A DNA stretch of 64,000 bases from Octopus sinensis (Eukaryota), in contig NC_042997.1 in NCBI RefSeq assembly GCF_006345805.1, forward strand, positions 28,892,001-28,956,000, given 5' to 3'. The notes beneath the pieces are model-generated. The model searched no databases, was not told the DNA's origin, and saw nothing but the letters and a program-made list of their open reading frames with translations. Of this stretch, positions 38,060 through 53,074 are shown in pieces (the stretch's first letter is position 1; each line of letters begins with the position of its first letter). Made by a program: the position numbers and the translations under genes.

Positions 38060-38671
38060 AGTAATGAGAGAGAGTACACATGTGGTCACTCTAACGCTAA
38101 ATATAGATGCACGAAGGGAATCCACCACTAAAGAATTGTTCTCAAGAATTAATTCAACGCGCCGAGAATGTAAGCGAGCAGGACAAACGAAAAATAATGA
38201 AAAAATAGATTAACTCTATACAATTGTTTCACCGTTAATAGTATGTGTAATTTTACTTACATAATCATTATCGGATCTTCAGTAGAGTATATAAAAAAAA
38301 TATAATTTGCTGAGTCGAACGCCAACATCCACACGAAGCCGAATAAAGGCGAATGGCACAGCCGATTATATCTGCAGTTACGTTCAAATATCCTCATTCT
38401 CGCGCGTTGAAAAAACCGGATGTAAATACTACCCCTGTAATTTACTGCCGGTTTGAGAACATATTAATTTATAATTAAAATCGCAATAGGGGGAAAAATT
38501 GAATATTAATTAATAACATCAATTTAAAACACCAAGTGGCCTAGCATATAAAGACTGGGATACAGTAAAAATTATTAATACAAGTAATGAGAGAGAGTCC
38601 ACATGTGGTCACTCTAACGCTAGATATAGATGCACGAAGGGAATCCACCACTAAAGAATTTTTCTCAAGAA
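38058..38671. mobile_element. Small element with 91 bp terminal direct repeats, next to (TA)n
   Basis: 38058-38148 and 38581-38671 differ at 3 positions; internal segment homologous to ~53735-53795. Confidence 0.55.
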
Positions 38672-41261
38672 AACCTTTGTACTACACTTTTGACAATTTT
38701 ATATATCTTCGCGTTGGAAGCAGGTAGATATACGATAGTGTAACAAAAGAACCATTTATTTCATGGAAAAATATATATTGAAAGAAAAAATAAAAGCATT
38801 AGCCAAAATTTGGATACACCAATGTTTAACATAATAGTAACGATTTGTACTTTCGTTTCAATAATTATAAAATTTTATCGTTATAAGTGTATTTCACAAC
38901 ATTTATCGTATATGTCAATAGATCTTTAAATCTGCCCTATTTTACCACGGAGCAATACCCAAACAAATTAGGAAATTAATGATTAAATGATCTAAAATAA
39001 ATCATGCTATTAAATGCATTCCCAAGACCGAATAGTGAGTAAAGATATGAAATGATTAAACCTAAACAATAAACGATATTAGGAAAACAGAATTAAAGTC
39101 AACGAATGTGAAATATAATTACAAAAGTTTAAGGATACATAGATGAAACTGACATAACTGGGTACAGCCATTTAAGGGGAAGCGTGTGCATTAATATTTA
39201 ATCTGCGTTAATATCAAGATTATTTGGGGAAAAAAACAATATGATTTAAAGTACCCTGTAAGACAGCATCCAAAGAGTTAGTGGCTACACCTAGCAAGAT
39301 ATAAATCGACAGATTTATAGTATCTAACATGCACACGTATATATATATATATATATATATTACGACACATAGAAACACATCGACGCAGAGGCACGCCGGT
39401 ATATTATGTATAATGCGATATGATATACGCATAGACAAAAATGTAAAAACATACTGCCGTCAATAGACAGTCATAAACGTACATATACGCCTTCATAACG
39501 TTATATTCATGGGCATATAGGTTAATCAGCTAACCCAGCAACAGATCGAACACTACTGATAACAAGTTACAATATATTTATTAACGCACTAATGATATGT
39601 AAAAATGTTGCTTATCTCTGAACCAACAGACCACAGAAAGTGTTCTCAAAAATATCTTGGTGTGCTGCTAATCTGTGCAACCATTATTTCTCTTAAACTA
39701 CTGAAACATAGCACGCAAATTCCAGAAGTTACAAGTTTAGTTTCCCTACCTCATTTAAAGTGATTTGTGACTTCCCTCCCCGATGCAAAATTAAGGTAAG
39801 CTCCTGCCGTGACAGCAACCTGATGGGTGGGTAGTAATCACGCGACAAATTTCTTCGGGGAATTCTCTGAATAGTATAATTTCACAGAAACAATTCTAAG
39901 ATTCACTGGTAGTGACCGTTTTCAATTGGAATATTGACCGACATCACAGTGAAATATATCAGGGAATAAGCTTTCTCTCTATGATATCTATTCCTAGGAG
40001 CAGAAGATTGCGAAATATATCAAATAATAATCTCTGAAAAGCCAATACCAATTAACAACATTACATCATTTTAAATCACGTCAAAATGACAAAAGTAGAG
40101 AACAGCGTCTGCAGCGTACCTTATTCATTGAATTACGATTATTTTTCACAAGAACGAAAAGCAGGTGTGTAGATGTTGTTCAAAAGATATGCGTGTTTGA
40201 ACAAATAGTTGTAGATTATCAATAGATTTCATGATAGCATGTTTGGCACAACTTGCTGAGCAGTGGCATCGCAGCTTCCTCTCCGGTTGTTTATTGAGTA
40301 TAACATATTCCTACATGTCCCAACGTTGTCTCTAGGTGCTCTACTTAAAAAGAGAGCAACTGATCATATATTTGATGACTGTATTTTTCATAGAGGTTTA
40401 GTAAACATTTCAATACGAAGATAAAAGAAGACTTGTGCTATGCTATTTTCGACATTTCTCTCCCTATTGACATAGCAATGGTGGATCATTCTTTTGCAAA
40501 TATCAGGGAAATCACTCACCATTTTCAATGCGCGATTGTCAGTGTTTGTTATATGAATAAAGGAAAAGTACAAAAGACTGGAATGCTGGAGAATGAGGTT
40601 TTGAATTAAATAATACTGAACATTGTTGCGAAAATATTTATGAGCCTGAAGATTACGATTTATAGAGTTAATTTCCAGGACGCAGTGGTGATTTACTGCA
40701 TACCGTCAGCTGCGATCAATTTTAGGAAATTCATTCGGGTACGAAAAGGAAAAAAAAGAGGACGTAGATGAAAGGGGAGAAAAAGATAGATATACCGAAC
40801 CACATAATTGTGCGCGAATATGTGTCCAAGTGTGTGTGTATCAGTACATCAAAACTTAAATACAGCGACTATACAAGATTATACCATATGTGTGTCTGTG
40901 TGAGAGTGCCTTTTATTATATGGCTGTAATCGCAAGCTTGTAAGAAATGTGAGAAGCCTATTTCTTAACAGTTCATTCATGACTTTATTGAACGGAGCAT
41001 GGTTATCTTTGTGTTCCTTATTAACAATCATGTATTTCATATGGAGTAGCTTGTATTATCGTCGCAAACAATGGCAATTTCGGCACTTTTGACTGATGTG
41101 TTTGTAACATTATGAATATATGGATTACTAAACTAATTCAACATTGTACAATTTTTCTGTACTTAAGCGTCACCACACCATGAATTGTTTCCTGGAGGAG
41201 ACCTTTCTACTGATATTTACATATTCAAAAATTTTAATAATAATAATAATAATAATAATAA

Positions 41262-41665
41262 AAACCTATAAATACCTAGGAATAAATGAAGGCTCTGGTA
41301 TCCAGCATGCAAGCATGAAAGAGAAGGTTAAGAAAGAATGTTATAGAAGAGTTCGAGCAGTCCTGAAGTCTGAGCTGAATGCATATAATAAGGTTATAGC
41401 CATAAATTCCTTAGCAGTACCAGTTGTTCTTTATCGCTTCAATGTGCTTAACTGGAATACTAGTGAAATAATGAAAATTGACTGGAAAATCCGCAGGCTA
41501 CTGACTTGTAATAAGATGCACCATCCAAAGGCAGACGTGGATCGCCTTTACCTTCCCAGAGCTCAGGGAGGTCGAGGTTTGATCCAGCTTCAACTTACAT
41601 ACAAAACCACCACAATCGGACTGGCCAGATACCTTGAAGCAAACAACGATTGGATGCTAAAACTC
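41262..41665 (+). mobile_element. R4/Dong-clade LINE fragment
   Basis: YKYLGI...NKVIAINSLAVPV...KADVDRLYLPRAQGGRGL; begins directly after (TAA)9. Confidence 0.9.
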
Positions 41666-44600
41666 TACTCGCTATTAATATCTTCTTGAACAGGGAACCC
41701 TGTTCGTTGTTTATCATTTACTTCATTTGTTTGAAATAAATGCAATAAAGTTGGACTGATTTACCCTCGTGTCTTATTATCATCGTCTTATTTTTCATTT
41801 CAACAGTCTCAAAGAACGTATTCTGAAGTTATATACCAAATATATTAATGAGTTTAGACAACCCCTTAGGAGGATTTATTGGTATAGAGCTAAGGTGAGG
41901 GCAGATTACTATCACATCGTTATTCATTCCGGGCACATTATTTACTTTTAGATATAAATAGGCGAATCATCTATGACCTCGCTTGACTAGTTATACATAA
42001 CCTTGAAATAAATCTGTATGAATTTGTTAGTATTTATAAATAATTGAGTGTTTACAAAACTGACTTACTGACATGGGCAACGGAACTGTTATCGGATTCT
42101 TAATATATTTCTCAGTCTCACAGTGGTATTTACACCAATGTATTTTTGTATTGTATAAAACAAATAAAAGGACACTCACGACTATAATACGAAGTTGTAT
42201 GCTGGAATGCATAGATTGGACGGGATATGAAAGAAATTTCTTTCAATACGACAATGTAAAAGCATTTCAAACATTTTATTCGCATCTCCATCCTTCTATC
42301 AGGGACAGTAGGATAAATTATAAAGCAGAAACGCCGATTATGTCAGTAAGTTTGGTGCTTAAGTTAACATCGAGTGATAATAGAATTGAAAATGTCAGTT
42401 GTTCATGCATCATTGTGCAAAATAGAATATTCAAGCGAAGACACATCCTGTTTATAGATACATACTCACTTCTATAAAATAAGTGAATTCATAGAAATTG
42501 CTTATTCATTGATTTTTAAATGCAATGTTCACAAAGGTCATTGGAATTTCTGAATCCACTTATGCTCTTACATAGCTCCATGCATAGGGATAAATGAACT
42601 GACAAATTTCATAAAATAAGTCATGTTCTGATTAGGTACATTCGGAAAGAACATCAGGAAAAGTAACTGAAGCAGTCATAATAAGCGACAAGAAATTGCG
42701 TTAACCAGATAGCAAATTTTGATTTTTCGAAATCTGTCATAAGAGTGAATATAAAATAAATAAAAATAAAATGGTATTTCGTAGATTTTCTGCAAACGCA
42801 ATTTCCTCCATTAATAGGAATGTAATACTTTGATTATTTAGTAGTAAGTATAGTAAAATTTGAAGCCCTTACTGTCTGATATTAAATAATTTTGTGTAAG
42901 CATTTCATAAAGCGTTTTAGCACGTATGCACACGTAGGCACGCACATTTATTTGTACATAGATTGAGAAGGGTTTCTACTTACAAAATAAACGAGAACAT
43001 TTTGATGTACAATGTAATGGTGTTTAAAAGAATTGTGATGTCAATAAACAAATACAGCAAAATGTTTTTAGCTTTTCAGAATACTGTGGCTGCTAAATTC
43101 TATTGGAAAATGCATCGATAACTCAAAGTATAGTTAGAATCATTTAAAAAATAAATGTCTTGCAAATTACATGCCCTGTTGGTTGTTTGAAAATTGTTTC
43201 CAAATAGGTCTCAAGTTTCAAGAATGATGTTAACAATTATTTAATTGATTAGCTTGGTAAACTCGTTTTCCCTGGGGATATCAATTACACCCTGATATTT
43301 TTGACTTAGATAATTTGAAGACATTCATAGATATTTTACTGGTGGGAAAGGTGTGTTATACCTTTACAGCAAAGCATAACAAACATTAAGGCAAAGTATT
43401 CTCTCAAATAAAAGTAGGCTGTTTCATTCATAATATATTTCTCGTAACATTAGAGCACTGAGTTAATATCTAGAACTAGGTTAAAATACTCATCTTCTGT
43501 TTATATTTGTTTACATATACATTACAGATGACGTAAATCTATCACATACGTGCCTGTACGGACGAGGCATATTGCTATGTGAATATTCACTCACAAATAT
43601 ATTTCAGGAGTCATATTGAATTATTGCCATAGATAAATATTAATTATGCTTAGATATAAATATTGTAAACATGGTCATTAGGATAGATCTATCTTAAAAT
43701 CGCTAAATATTAACATAAAGTACGATGGTTCTCTCCCTGGTCCCTTACGTTCTTTGTTAATGATGAATATACAGAACGTACACCTGTTACGGCGACGATC
43801 TAAATGACTGTGGCTTCGAAATTTAAAATTAATTTCTTATAGAACCAGAGAGCTATTGAAGAAAACTATTACAGAGTTGAAATGGTTCTTCTAATATACT
43901 AAGAATTTCCTTAAACTTGAAATATTAGATGTCTGTCTCACTTATACTATTATACTATCATACATCATACGGTATTTAATAAAACTAGCAGAGCGTTGAG
44001 TGACATTAACACCGAAAGAGTTCTATAAGAAGTGAAAGACAAGTATAAGTCAAAGTATAATGAGGAAAGATTGCTTTTCTACGTAAATCTGAAATTCCTA
44101 GTATCTACCATTTCAACGAATTTTTACTTTTCTTTTTGGACATCGTTAATGAACTTACACATTCTCTTCAAAATCACTGACATAAAACACTAATTAGTTT
44201 TCTTAATAAAATAATTTTAAAATAACACTCCTGATATTTTCGTCAGTCGAACACCTCCCGTTTTCCACAGCGTTTCAGTGTATAAATAATATGATTTGTA
44301 ATTGTAAATCCGATTACTTAATTTTTGTGTTTTGGATGATCATAATATAATTTTCTTTTTCAATTCTATCAATTTTGACAAACGATCAAAATTAATAAAT
44401 TCTTGCAAGTATTTTCACTAATAATTAATGAGGAATTTACAGTTACTATCCGGTAGAAACATATTTGGTTCTAGTATTAAAAATGCTTCCAGGTTATATT
44501 CAAAATATTGGTTTCAAACGGTGGCATGCAGTTCAGACATGCTAGTTAAGCACTGCATGTCCCTTGATTTTTTTTATATAATTCAAAATTCAATTTAAAA

Positions 44601-45970
44601 ACGTAATGTATTTATAACCATATTGAAAAGTTGTCCCAACCATTGGAAACTGAGCTAAAATAGTTACTTTATTTCAAAGGAAACCTGTCCAGATTGATAC
44701 TTCACTGCATTTCCATTTTGCTTCCACTAGACATGCTTAAAGAAAAACGCATATGAAATATTTTGTCCCCCACCCCTACCAATCTTTCAATAACTATCAT
44801 TTCAATGTCTGTAAGATTCCATTTTATCTCCATAAAATAACTACTGAAGACATGCTTTCAGGAAAACGCATCTTGTGGCTTCTCCTGCCTTTCTATCAGT
44901 TCTTCTTTGTCAGCAATTCTAGGTTGCTAACACGACAGCCTAAATTTTTGAATGGATTTAACTTTTTGACCCGTAAAACTTCTAACTAAAATATATCAAC
45001 AATCCCATAATTCTTAATTAGTCAGCTCAAATGCTGCCGTGACTTTGGAATATCTATTTCGCTCTCTCGTAAGTTTTGAAATTATCATCATTAACCATCC
45101 TCTCTGTACTAAACAAAAAATTCTGAAATCAGAAATATAATATAGCTAATTAATCGTTTGCTGATTTACGAAAATTAATCTTTTGCTGATTGTTGACAAT
45201 TTTACAAACATCTCTTTTATCAGAATCAGAAACTCCGTGTGTGTTTTTACGTATATTCCCCCCAAAATATTTCTGTAAAAATGGAAAAAATGAAGAAATA
45301 TGGGGATGAATTGAAATTTTGTAGTTGCGACTTTCGTCAATTTGTTTTTTGTTTCATTATGGAATCGGAATCTCAATAGCCGAAAACGTGGATTTCCGAA
45401 GAAAAAAAGAAACATTTGAAAAAATGGGGAGGAAACTTTTAGATATAGATATTTCAAATTCTGAAATTTTCTGATTTTCTCATTTACAGTAGTTACAAAT
45501 TGCTGCTAGGCTTATCATTACAGTGCACTATGGAAATGTTAATTGATAAGGAATTAATCGTATGGGGTACTTAAAACATCCTTTTCACAATTATATATAA
45601 ATAAATACTCCTATCATTGGGAATTAAATACTCCTGGTTTCCGACATATGCGTGTGTGTATGTGTGTGTGCATGTGTGTGCGTATGTGTGTGTGTGAGCG
45701 TGCCTGTGGGAATGTGTGTCTGTGTGAATGTCTGTTTGCTTGATGTGTGTTTACATATAGTTACACATGTTAAAACAAAATATCGCGTACGTTTGATGCA
45801 TAATATTCATATAATCTATACATAGTGTACATCATTTGAAAAGTAGTAATTTGAGTGCGTGACATTCCATAACAATTAACAAATTTTTAACACATCTGCT
45901 CAATCATCATAGCATAGCTACATTAATGAATACAAATATAACATCAGAATCGTGTTTTAACATTGCTTAC

Positions 45971-46065
45971 CTGGAGATAACATAGCGCAAAACTGCAGTC
46001 CGGAGATGAAAATTTATTATTAGTGTACCGGGAGACCTTTTGGAACACTGATCTAACATAATATA
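45971..46065 (-). other. Candidate internal exon (95 nt)
   Basis: acceptor tattttgtatttcattacag and donor cag/gtaagc; two frames open; product not recognised. Confidence 0.3.
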
Positions 46066-47837
46066 CTGTAATGAAATACAAAATAATACATCTGCCGAAG
46101 AGTATTTCAATTTTATCTTAATTACTTTTATGAAGTTGAAATTGATTGACAATAATTTGCAAAGCATAATTTTAACTTCATAATTGTTGGCGTCTGATCT
46201 TACATTTGTTCTAATGCCGAAGCGAATTGCTCGTAAAACTAGCATCATAACTTCTAACTAAGGTTTGTAGCTGTATTGAAATATTGGACAGGTTTTCTTA
46301 TTGCATTCCTTAATCTTTCTAGAAATCCGAAAACATATTTTAAGCTCTCATACAACAAGTTCATGGTTAGAGACCAATGATTTTTTGCGCTACCAAAACA
46401 ATTAAGTAAAACAACTATTACATATAGTTATAATATATTTCATCGTAAATAAGCTTCTTAGTGCAAGTAAGTTACGGGTTAGAAGCAGACTATCCCGAAC
46501 GATATGGATGCACTAAGGACGTTTGGGTATTTACATAAGCGCTGTTTTCGATGTTCCGGAATATAGAATATTATGAAACATATGATACCAAAAAGACTGG
46601 CATAAAATCTAAGATGTCCATGTGCTTAAATATATATTATTCCTGTCAATGTCATACCTCTGCAGACCCTTATGTTGTAAGTTCATACAATATATTTCGT
46701 ATACTTACTTGAAGTGAACGATATATGCATCTCGTCCCATATGTGCTTTTGCAATGATATATTATTTATATGAAGAAAATTTATTTCAGTGTTACATTAT
46801 CACGAAAGATTCTGATAACACTTTTACATACAAAAAATATACATATGACTGGTATTTCATATACTAATGATCCATATATATATTCTTTATAGAAGGTTTC
46901 ATAGAATTTCAAGGAATGATCGCAAGCATATCACATGCATTCAGCATCAGTGAATGTTCTGCATCCATAAAAAGATTTCAGTTACACAGACATATGTTGA
47001 ATGACGGGAAAGCTTCTTGTAAACAAACTCTATTAACTTTGGTGATGTAATCTTTTTTTGCCAAACGCAAATATGGATACAGGCATATGTGCGTACGTGT
47101 GTCTGTGGGCGTGTGTGTGTGCGCGTATATGGGTGTGTTCATACGTGTGTCTGTGTGTGTAGGTGCCCGTGCGTTTGTGTGTGTGTGTAATTAAGCAATA
47201 CCTCCAGGATTGAGATGCAATTGTATTTCGCTACGTTTTCTGTATGAGTAGTGTTCCCCAGTTTCCATGATTAATATTATATACAAATACTTTCCCATCA
47301 GATGTGTTGGTTCCTCCTTTGGAATTCAGGTCCAGTTATCTAAATCACTATAACAGATTTCATGAAGCAGTTTGATAGTTAAGTTAACAGACGAAAATCA
47401 TTAAGTGTCCTCTAAACATATTTGCAACCAGAACTTTAGAAAGAATAAGAAATAAAACTACCTAAACTATATGTAGGATTAATACGGAACTACATGAAAA
47501 CTATACAATAACCAGGCTTGAAAGCAATAGCCAATGAGGAGATAGGTTTAAATCGCAAACTGGACTCCGAACATTAAGACCGAGTGTTAGGACTTCATAT
47601 CTGAAGATCGCATGGGGTGCCTCGTGAGTCGACGCGAAATGAAAATTCATTTTCTTTATACATTATACTTTAAAATTTATACTGAGCATCCTTCTCTCAT
47701 TCGAAAATCTTCAAAATTCCACGTATGTTTCTATGCATTTATTTTTTGAATTTTTTTCTGATATTTCAGATTTTTTATATTCTAGGCTACTGGTTTTAAA
47801 TTGATATTAATTAAATTAATATTCATATATATATATA

Positions 47838-47878
<41 letters not shown>

Positions 47879-47881
<3 letters not shown>

Positions 47882-48332
47882 TTACATACACGCACATTTG
47901 CACACAGTCACCCACATGCACACGAAATTACATATGTGTGTGTTTCTTTATGTAGATATATACTTATAAGTCAATTGTTATGTGGAGGCATATAATTTAA
48001 TATATTCTATATATATGTAACAAAAAAGGTAACAAAGATGTAGAATGAAAGAAACATAACAGGCGTTTTGACATGTTATAAAATAAATAAATTTAATTTA
48101 CTGAAGCCTGACTTCACATAAGACACAGCCTAAAGACAAAACGTTCATATTTTCTAAAGAGCGTTCAAGAAAATCAGATTAGTACAAATAATAAATTGAG
48201 AAAGTAAAGTTCCTTGTTATTGTTATACATGCTTTATGAATTATATAATTATGCGTAATTTCCTCACAAATACATAAATACTCCCACATATATACAATGG
48301 CTAACGTATGAAAAGTCCTACATATATTTGCA

Positions 48333-48371
<39 letters not shown>

Positions 48372-48824
48372 TTACATACACGCACATTTGCACACAGTCA
48401 CCCACATGCACACGAAATTACATATGTGTGTGTTTCTTTATGTAGATATATACTTATAAGTCAATTGTTATGTGGAGGCATATAATTTAATATATTCTAT
48501 ATATATGTAACAAAAAAGGTAACAAAGATGTAGAATGAAAGAAACATAACAGGCGTTTTGACATGTTATAAAATAAATAAATTTAATTTACTGAAGCCTG
48601 ACTTCACATAAGACACAGCCTAAAGACAAAACGTTCATATTTTCTAAAGAGCGTTCAAGAAAATCAGATTAGTACAAATAATAAATTGAGAAAGTAAAGT
48701 TCCTTGTTATTGTTATACATGCTTTATGAATTATATAATTATGCGTAATTTCCTCACAAATACATAAATACTCCCACATATATACAATGGCTAACGTATG
48801 AAAAGTCCTACATATATTTGCATT
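47879..48824. repeat. Apparently identical tandem duplication, period 490 bp, joined by (TA)n
   Basis: 47879-48334 equals 48369-48824 by eye. Confidence 0.9.
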
Positions 48825-48889
48825 CATATATATATATATATATGGTGGTAGTTTTTAGTGTTGACACGTGTGTGTATTCATGTAAGTAG

Positions 48890-51560
48890 GAACATGTATA
48901 TGTTTATCAGATCTTGTGGTATGCAATCACGCCTTATGTATAGCACTCGCCGAAACGCGTCTAAAACCCGACATCGCAGATGCAGATATACATGTACCAA
49001 ATTATGTTTTATTAAGAAGTGACAGAAACGAGAGGAGCCATGGTGAAGATGCAATGTACACCCATGATAATCACAAGCCCCAGGCCCTTTTCTCACACTA
49101 ATTACACATATAAGATATAGTCATTTTTACTACAGATTTCCCACCAAGTGCCCCAAGTCACGCGAACCTATCCGAAGACTGCCTTGCAAGAATAAAAGAG
49201 GTTTTAACCAACTAGAAAAGCACATCAGTGTACTTCTTATAGGAGACTTCAACCTTCCGAATAAAGAATAGCCTGAAGGCCATCTCCTCTCAGGAATGAA
49301 GCGATGTGAGCAACGTCTGGTGGAATCCCTGCTCAACATCACCAAGTTATACGTGTAGTAACTAATACCCCAACCAACAAATGCAAATAGTGTAGTTTAT
49401 CTCAGCTTCATGAACAAAGTGGATCTCATCCATAATGCGAGAGTGACCATGTATTGACCACAGGAACCTATAGGCATGTAGCGTATGGAAATCACTCAAA
49501 ATTTGAATTACCCCAACGAAGACTGGAAGTCATTTGAGAAAGAGATCAGAAAACAGGACTGGTACCAATGTCTCTCTACACCTGACGTTGATGGGATAAA
49601 TTTGGTAACTTTCATGTCCATAATGCAAGTCATATGCAACAATTCTGTCTGAATGAGAAGGGCCCCTACACATGAAAACAAGATTCCCATGGAGGGAAAA
49701 TTCCTTACGTGATGAGACGACGTACAAAGATTGCAAAAATCCCCAGCGGAGAACCTAACGGCAAGGAAAAATCCCTCCTGAATATTGAGATTCAACTAAA
49801 GCGCTCCAATGAGAAGGAAAGAGCAGGCAAAGAAACTTGAGTCATAAGAAAAGCAGACCATAAAACGTTCTTTAGGCATAGGAGGGGAAACTGCCTTCGT
49901 GCGTTACCGACTAGGACCACTCCTCCAAAAATATGGCTCCCTTAAAGAAAACCTAATGAGGATAAGTGACACACTGACTGAAAAATCAGAAGTGTCTTCA
50001 CCCCACCCTTAGAGCACATGCACGTTAGTAAACCTGTAGATTACATTAACACTGCAGAAGCATGAAGGAAGGCAGAAAAAATTCACTATATCAACGTGAA
50101 GGAAGAGGTTGTAGACGCAAATTCGGTGGCTGGCCCCGATGGATTCCCAGCAATCCTTGTCATTTGATGCTAACGAGTCTTTGCAAATCCACTGCAGCTC
50201 GTTTTTCACTGCAATTTCTTTTTTCTCTTTTATCTCACACATCACCAGACATGGAACGAATAGTCTGAAGAAAATTAATTGCATTTCTTGAAGAAAATTA
50301 CTTGCTGCCTGACACTCAGCACGGTTTCTGACCTGTGAGAAGCTGCCTGACACAGCTCTTGCCTCATTACGACTGGTGCTAAAGCAACTACTAACTAATC
50401 TAAATGTGGACGTGATATACATCGACTTTGCAAAAGCCTTTGACAAAATTGACCATGTTATAGGACAAAAGCTCCTAAACTTGGCTTACATCAATAACAT
50501 TGAGAATGACTATATGATTTTCTAAAGAGGGCCACTTTCTAGGAAACACAAATAATGAGTGTTGTTCCACAGAACACTGTCTTGGTACCTCTACTATTTA
50601 TAGTGGCCCTCTCAGACATCCCCTCTGCTGCTCATGTATCTACCCGTGGAAGCTATGTAGTCGATACGAAACAGAACCCTGGGAGTTGCGGGCAATAGAA
50701 AAGTGGACAGAAGAAAATAACATTTAGTTTAATTCTGGAAAACTCCAAGCTCTTTGCAATCAACACAGGAAGTCCCATGAAAACGAAATAAGATACCCTG
50801 GCCCAGGAAGAATTGAAGTCCCTGAATCAAAATCAGTGCATGACCTGGGCATCGACATGTGTAATGATGTATCTTCCAGGTGCATATTACTAAGTTGGCA
50901 ATAAATTGCAGACGCTTCGCTGGAAGGATCCTTTCACTTTCAAAAAGAGAGAACATGAGACCATGTTCTTCGTGTGCAGAGCCTTCGTTCTCAGCCATCT
51001 AGATTACTGCCCTCAGCTGTGGTCACCAGTATAAAATTAACGACGGAACTCGAGGCAATCCAGCGAACTTACACAAAAGAGGTTTCTCAGGGTTAAGTGT
51101 GCACTACTGGGTGAGAGTGAGCAAGTTAAGACTCTCCTCGCCAGAACGAAGGTTAGAAAGACACGCAGTAATATACATTTGGAACATCATAGAAGAACCA
51201 GTACCGAACCATGGCATTGTCAGTTAGACAAACAACAGGGCGGGATGCATAGTAACAGAAATAACAACATTTCAATCAGGATATAGGACCAGATACTGCA
51301 ACAGTTTGGAATTCAAGGGCAGCTTTTCAATATCCTCCCACAAAATCCAAGAGACCTGCATAAATATGGATGTAGGCGTTTTCGAAACAAACCAGGATCT
51401 ACTTCTTTCAATGGTTCCGCATAAACTTACCTCAAGGCAAGAAACACAGATGAGGGGGGCAACGTCAAACGTCCTCAATCACTAAATGTTACACATCAGA
51501 GAAGGAGAAGGAGGTTTAGTGAAAGCAAAGCAAACAGCATGGCCGCAGTATGCATATAAC
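48890..51560 (+). mobile_element. Decayed CR1-type LINE ORF2 (APE endonuclease + RT) and 3' end
   Basis: IALAETRL..NYVLLRSDR, IGDFNLP, GPDGFPAIL, QHGF..RSCLTQLL, VDVIYIDFAKAFDKIDH, LGPLLFIV, YCPQLWSP. Confidence 0.9.
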
Positions 51561-51641
51561 CTCGAATTGTGTGGGACGTGTGACGGAGTAGTCTCCCCTA
51601 TAATACTCTAACGGATAATGTATTAATATGAATTATCTTCT

Positions 51642-52057
51642 GATTTCTTTACTGCCCACAAGGGGCTATACACAGAGGGGACAAACAAGGAGAGGCAATC
51701 GGATTAAGTCGATTAAATTGACCCCAGTGCGTAACTGGTATTTATTTAATCGACCCCGAAAGGATAAAAGGCAAAGTCGACCTGGGCAGAATTTGAACTC
51801 AGAACGTAGCGGTAGACGATATACCTATTTCTTTACTACCCACTAGGGGCTAAACACAGAGGGGAGAAACAAGGACAGACATAGATATTAAGTCGATTAC
51901 ATCGACCCCAGTGCGTAACTGGTACTTAATTTATCGACCCCGAATGATGAAAGACAAAGTCAACCTCGGCGGAATTTGAACTCAGAAAGTAACGGTAGAC
52001 GAAACACGGCTACGCATTTCGCCCGGCGTGCTAACCATTCTGCCAGCTTGCCGCCTT
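51642..52057 (-). mobile_element. Family C SINE dimer (one head + two bodies)
   Basis: 184 bp period between ccacaagggg (51656) and ccactagggg (51840). Confidence 0.9.
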
Positions 52058-52855
52058 AATACGAATTACCTTCTGTGTGATGTTCAGAACTCAAATGTTT
52101 CTGCACGAGTTTATTGATATGTTACTATTTCTTGATGCAGATGTATTTGTTTAATGAATTACAATATATTTTTTCCTGATTAGCTATTCCACTTCAGCCA
52201 GTACATTGATTATTACTTGATGGTAGTGTTTCCGCAAATTTTGAAACGTAATATATATATAGATGCTTATAAAATTGTTGAAACATAAATCTTTTTTCAG
52301 GAACAACTAATGCGTTACATTCGAGAACAAGTCTGCAAATAACGGGTGAAACAAGCCAATTAGAAATAATATATGTTACATACCTCAAAGTAACATGGAA
52401 CATAAATACTGTTTTCTGCTCTATGCCCTATACATATAAAACGATTCACACACAAAAAATAGAAAAAATATATAAAGAATACGGAAATATAAACGCACCA
52501 GGAATGATAAGAAGAACATGAGAAGTACAGGAAAATGTTGTGGAAATGAGAGTAAGACTACACATACATAGTTATTTCGCAATCTCAGTCGGTGTCAATC
52601 ACAGTGGCACCGACACTGAATTAAAGAACCTCATATAATTCCTTATCCTTTCAATTTGTCTATTAAATACATGATCATACGTAAATTATATATAAATATT
52701 GATTTATGCCCACATACGCAAGTTATTAAAAATATTAGAGGCGTATGCATGTGTGCTGTGTGTGTGTCTTTGTGTTTCTATGTTTGTATGAATATAAGTG
52801 TACATACGAACCATATACAGATACACATGAAAAGTTACGTATCTGCACATGTAAC

Positions 52856-52902
<47 letters not shown>

Positions 52903-53074
52903 ATATCTCTATAATTATGTGTGTATATATATATATATACACATATAAATGTTTCTCTATATACTGACACATATATGTGATTACATATGTGTGGCCGTGT
53001 GGGCGTGCACTATTAAATGTTTCATTAATCATTATGCAAGATGCGTATCAAAAATTTGTTAAATGCATGTGAAT

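Noticed and set aside
47605-47650. ctgaaga...gcgaaa hammerhead-like string
   Set aside because: Stem II consumes the GAAA nucleotides and there is no stem I
52586-52620. Small GC-rich hairpin tcagtcggtgtca/tggcaccgacactga
   Set aside because: Isolated and short, with no Helitron CTRR end or other supporting context
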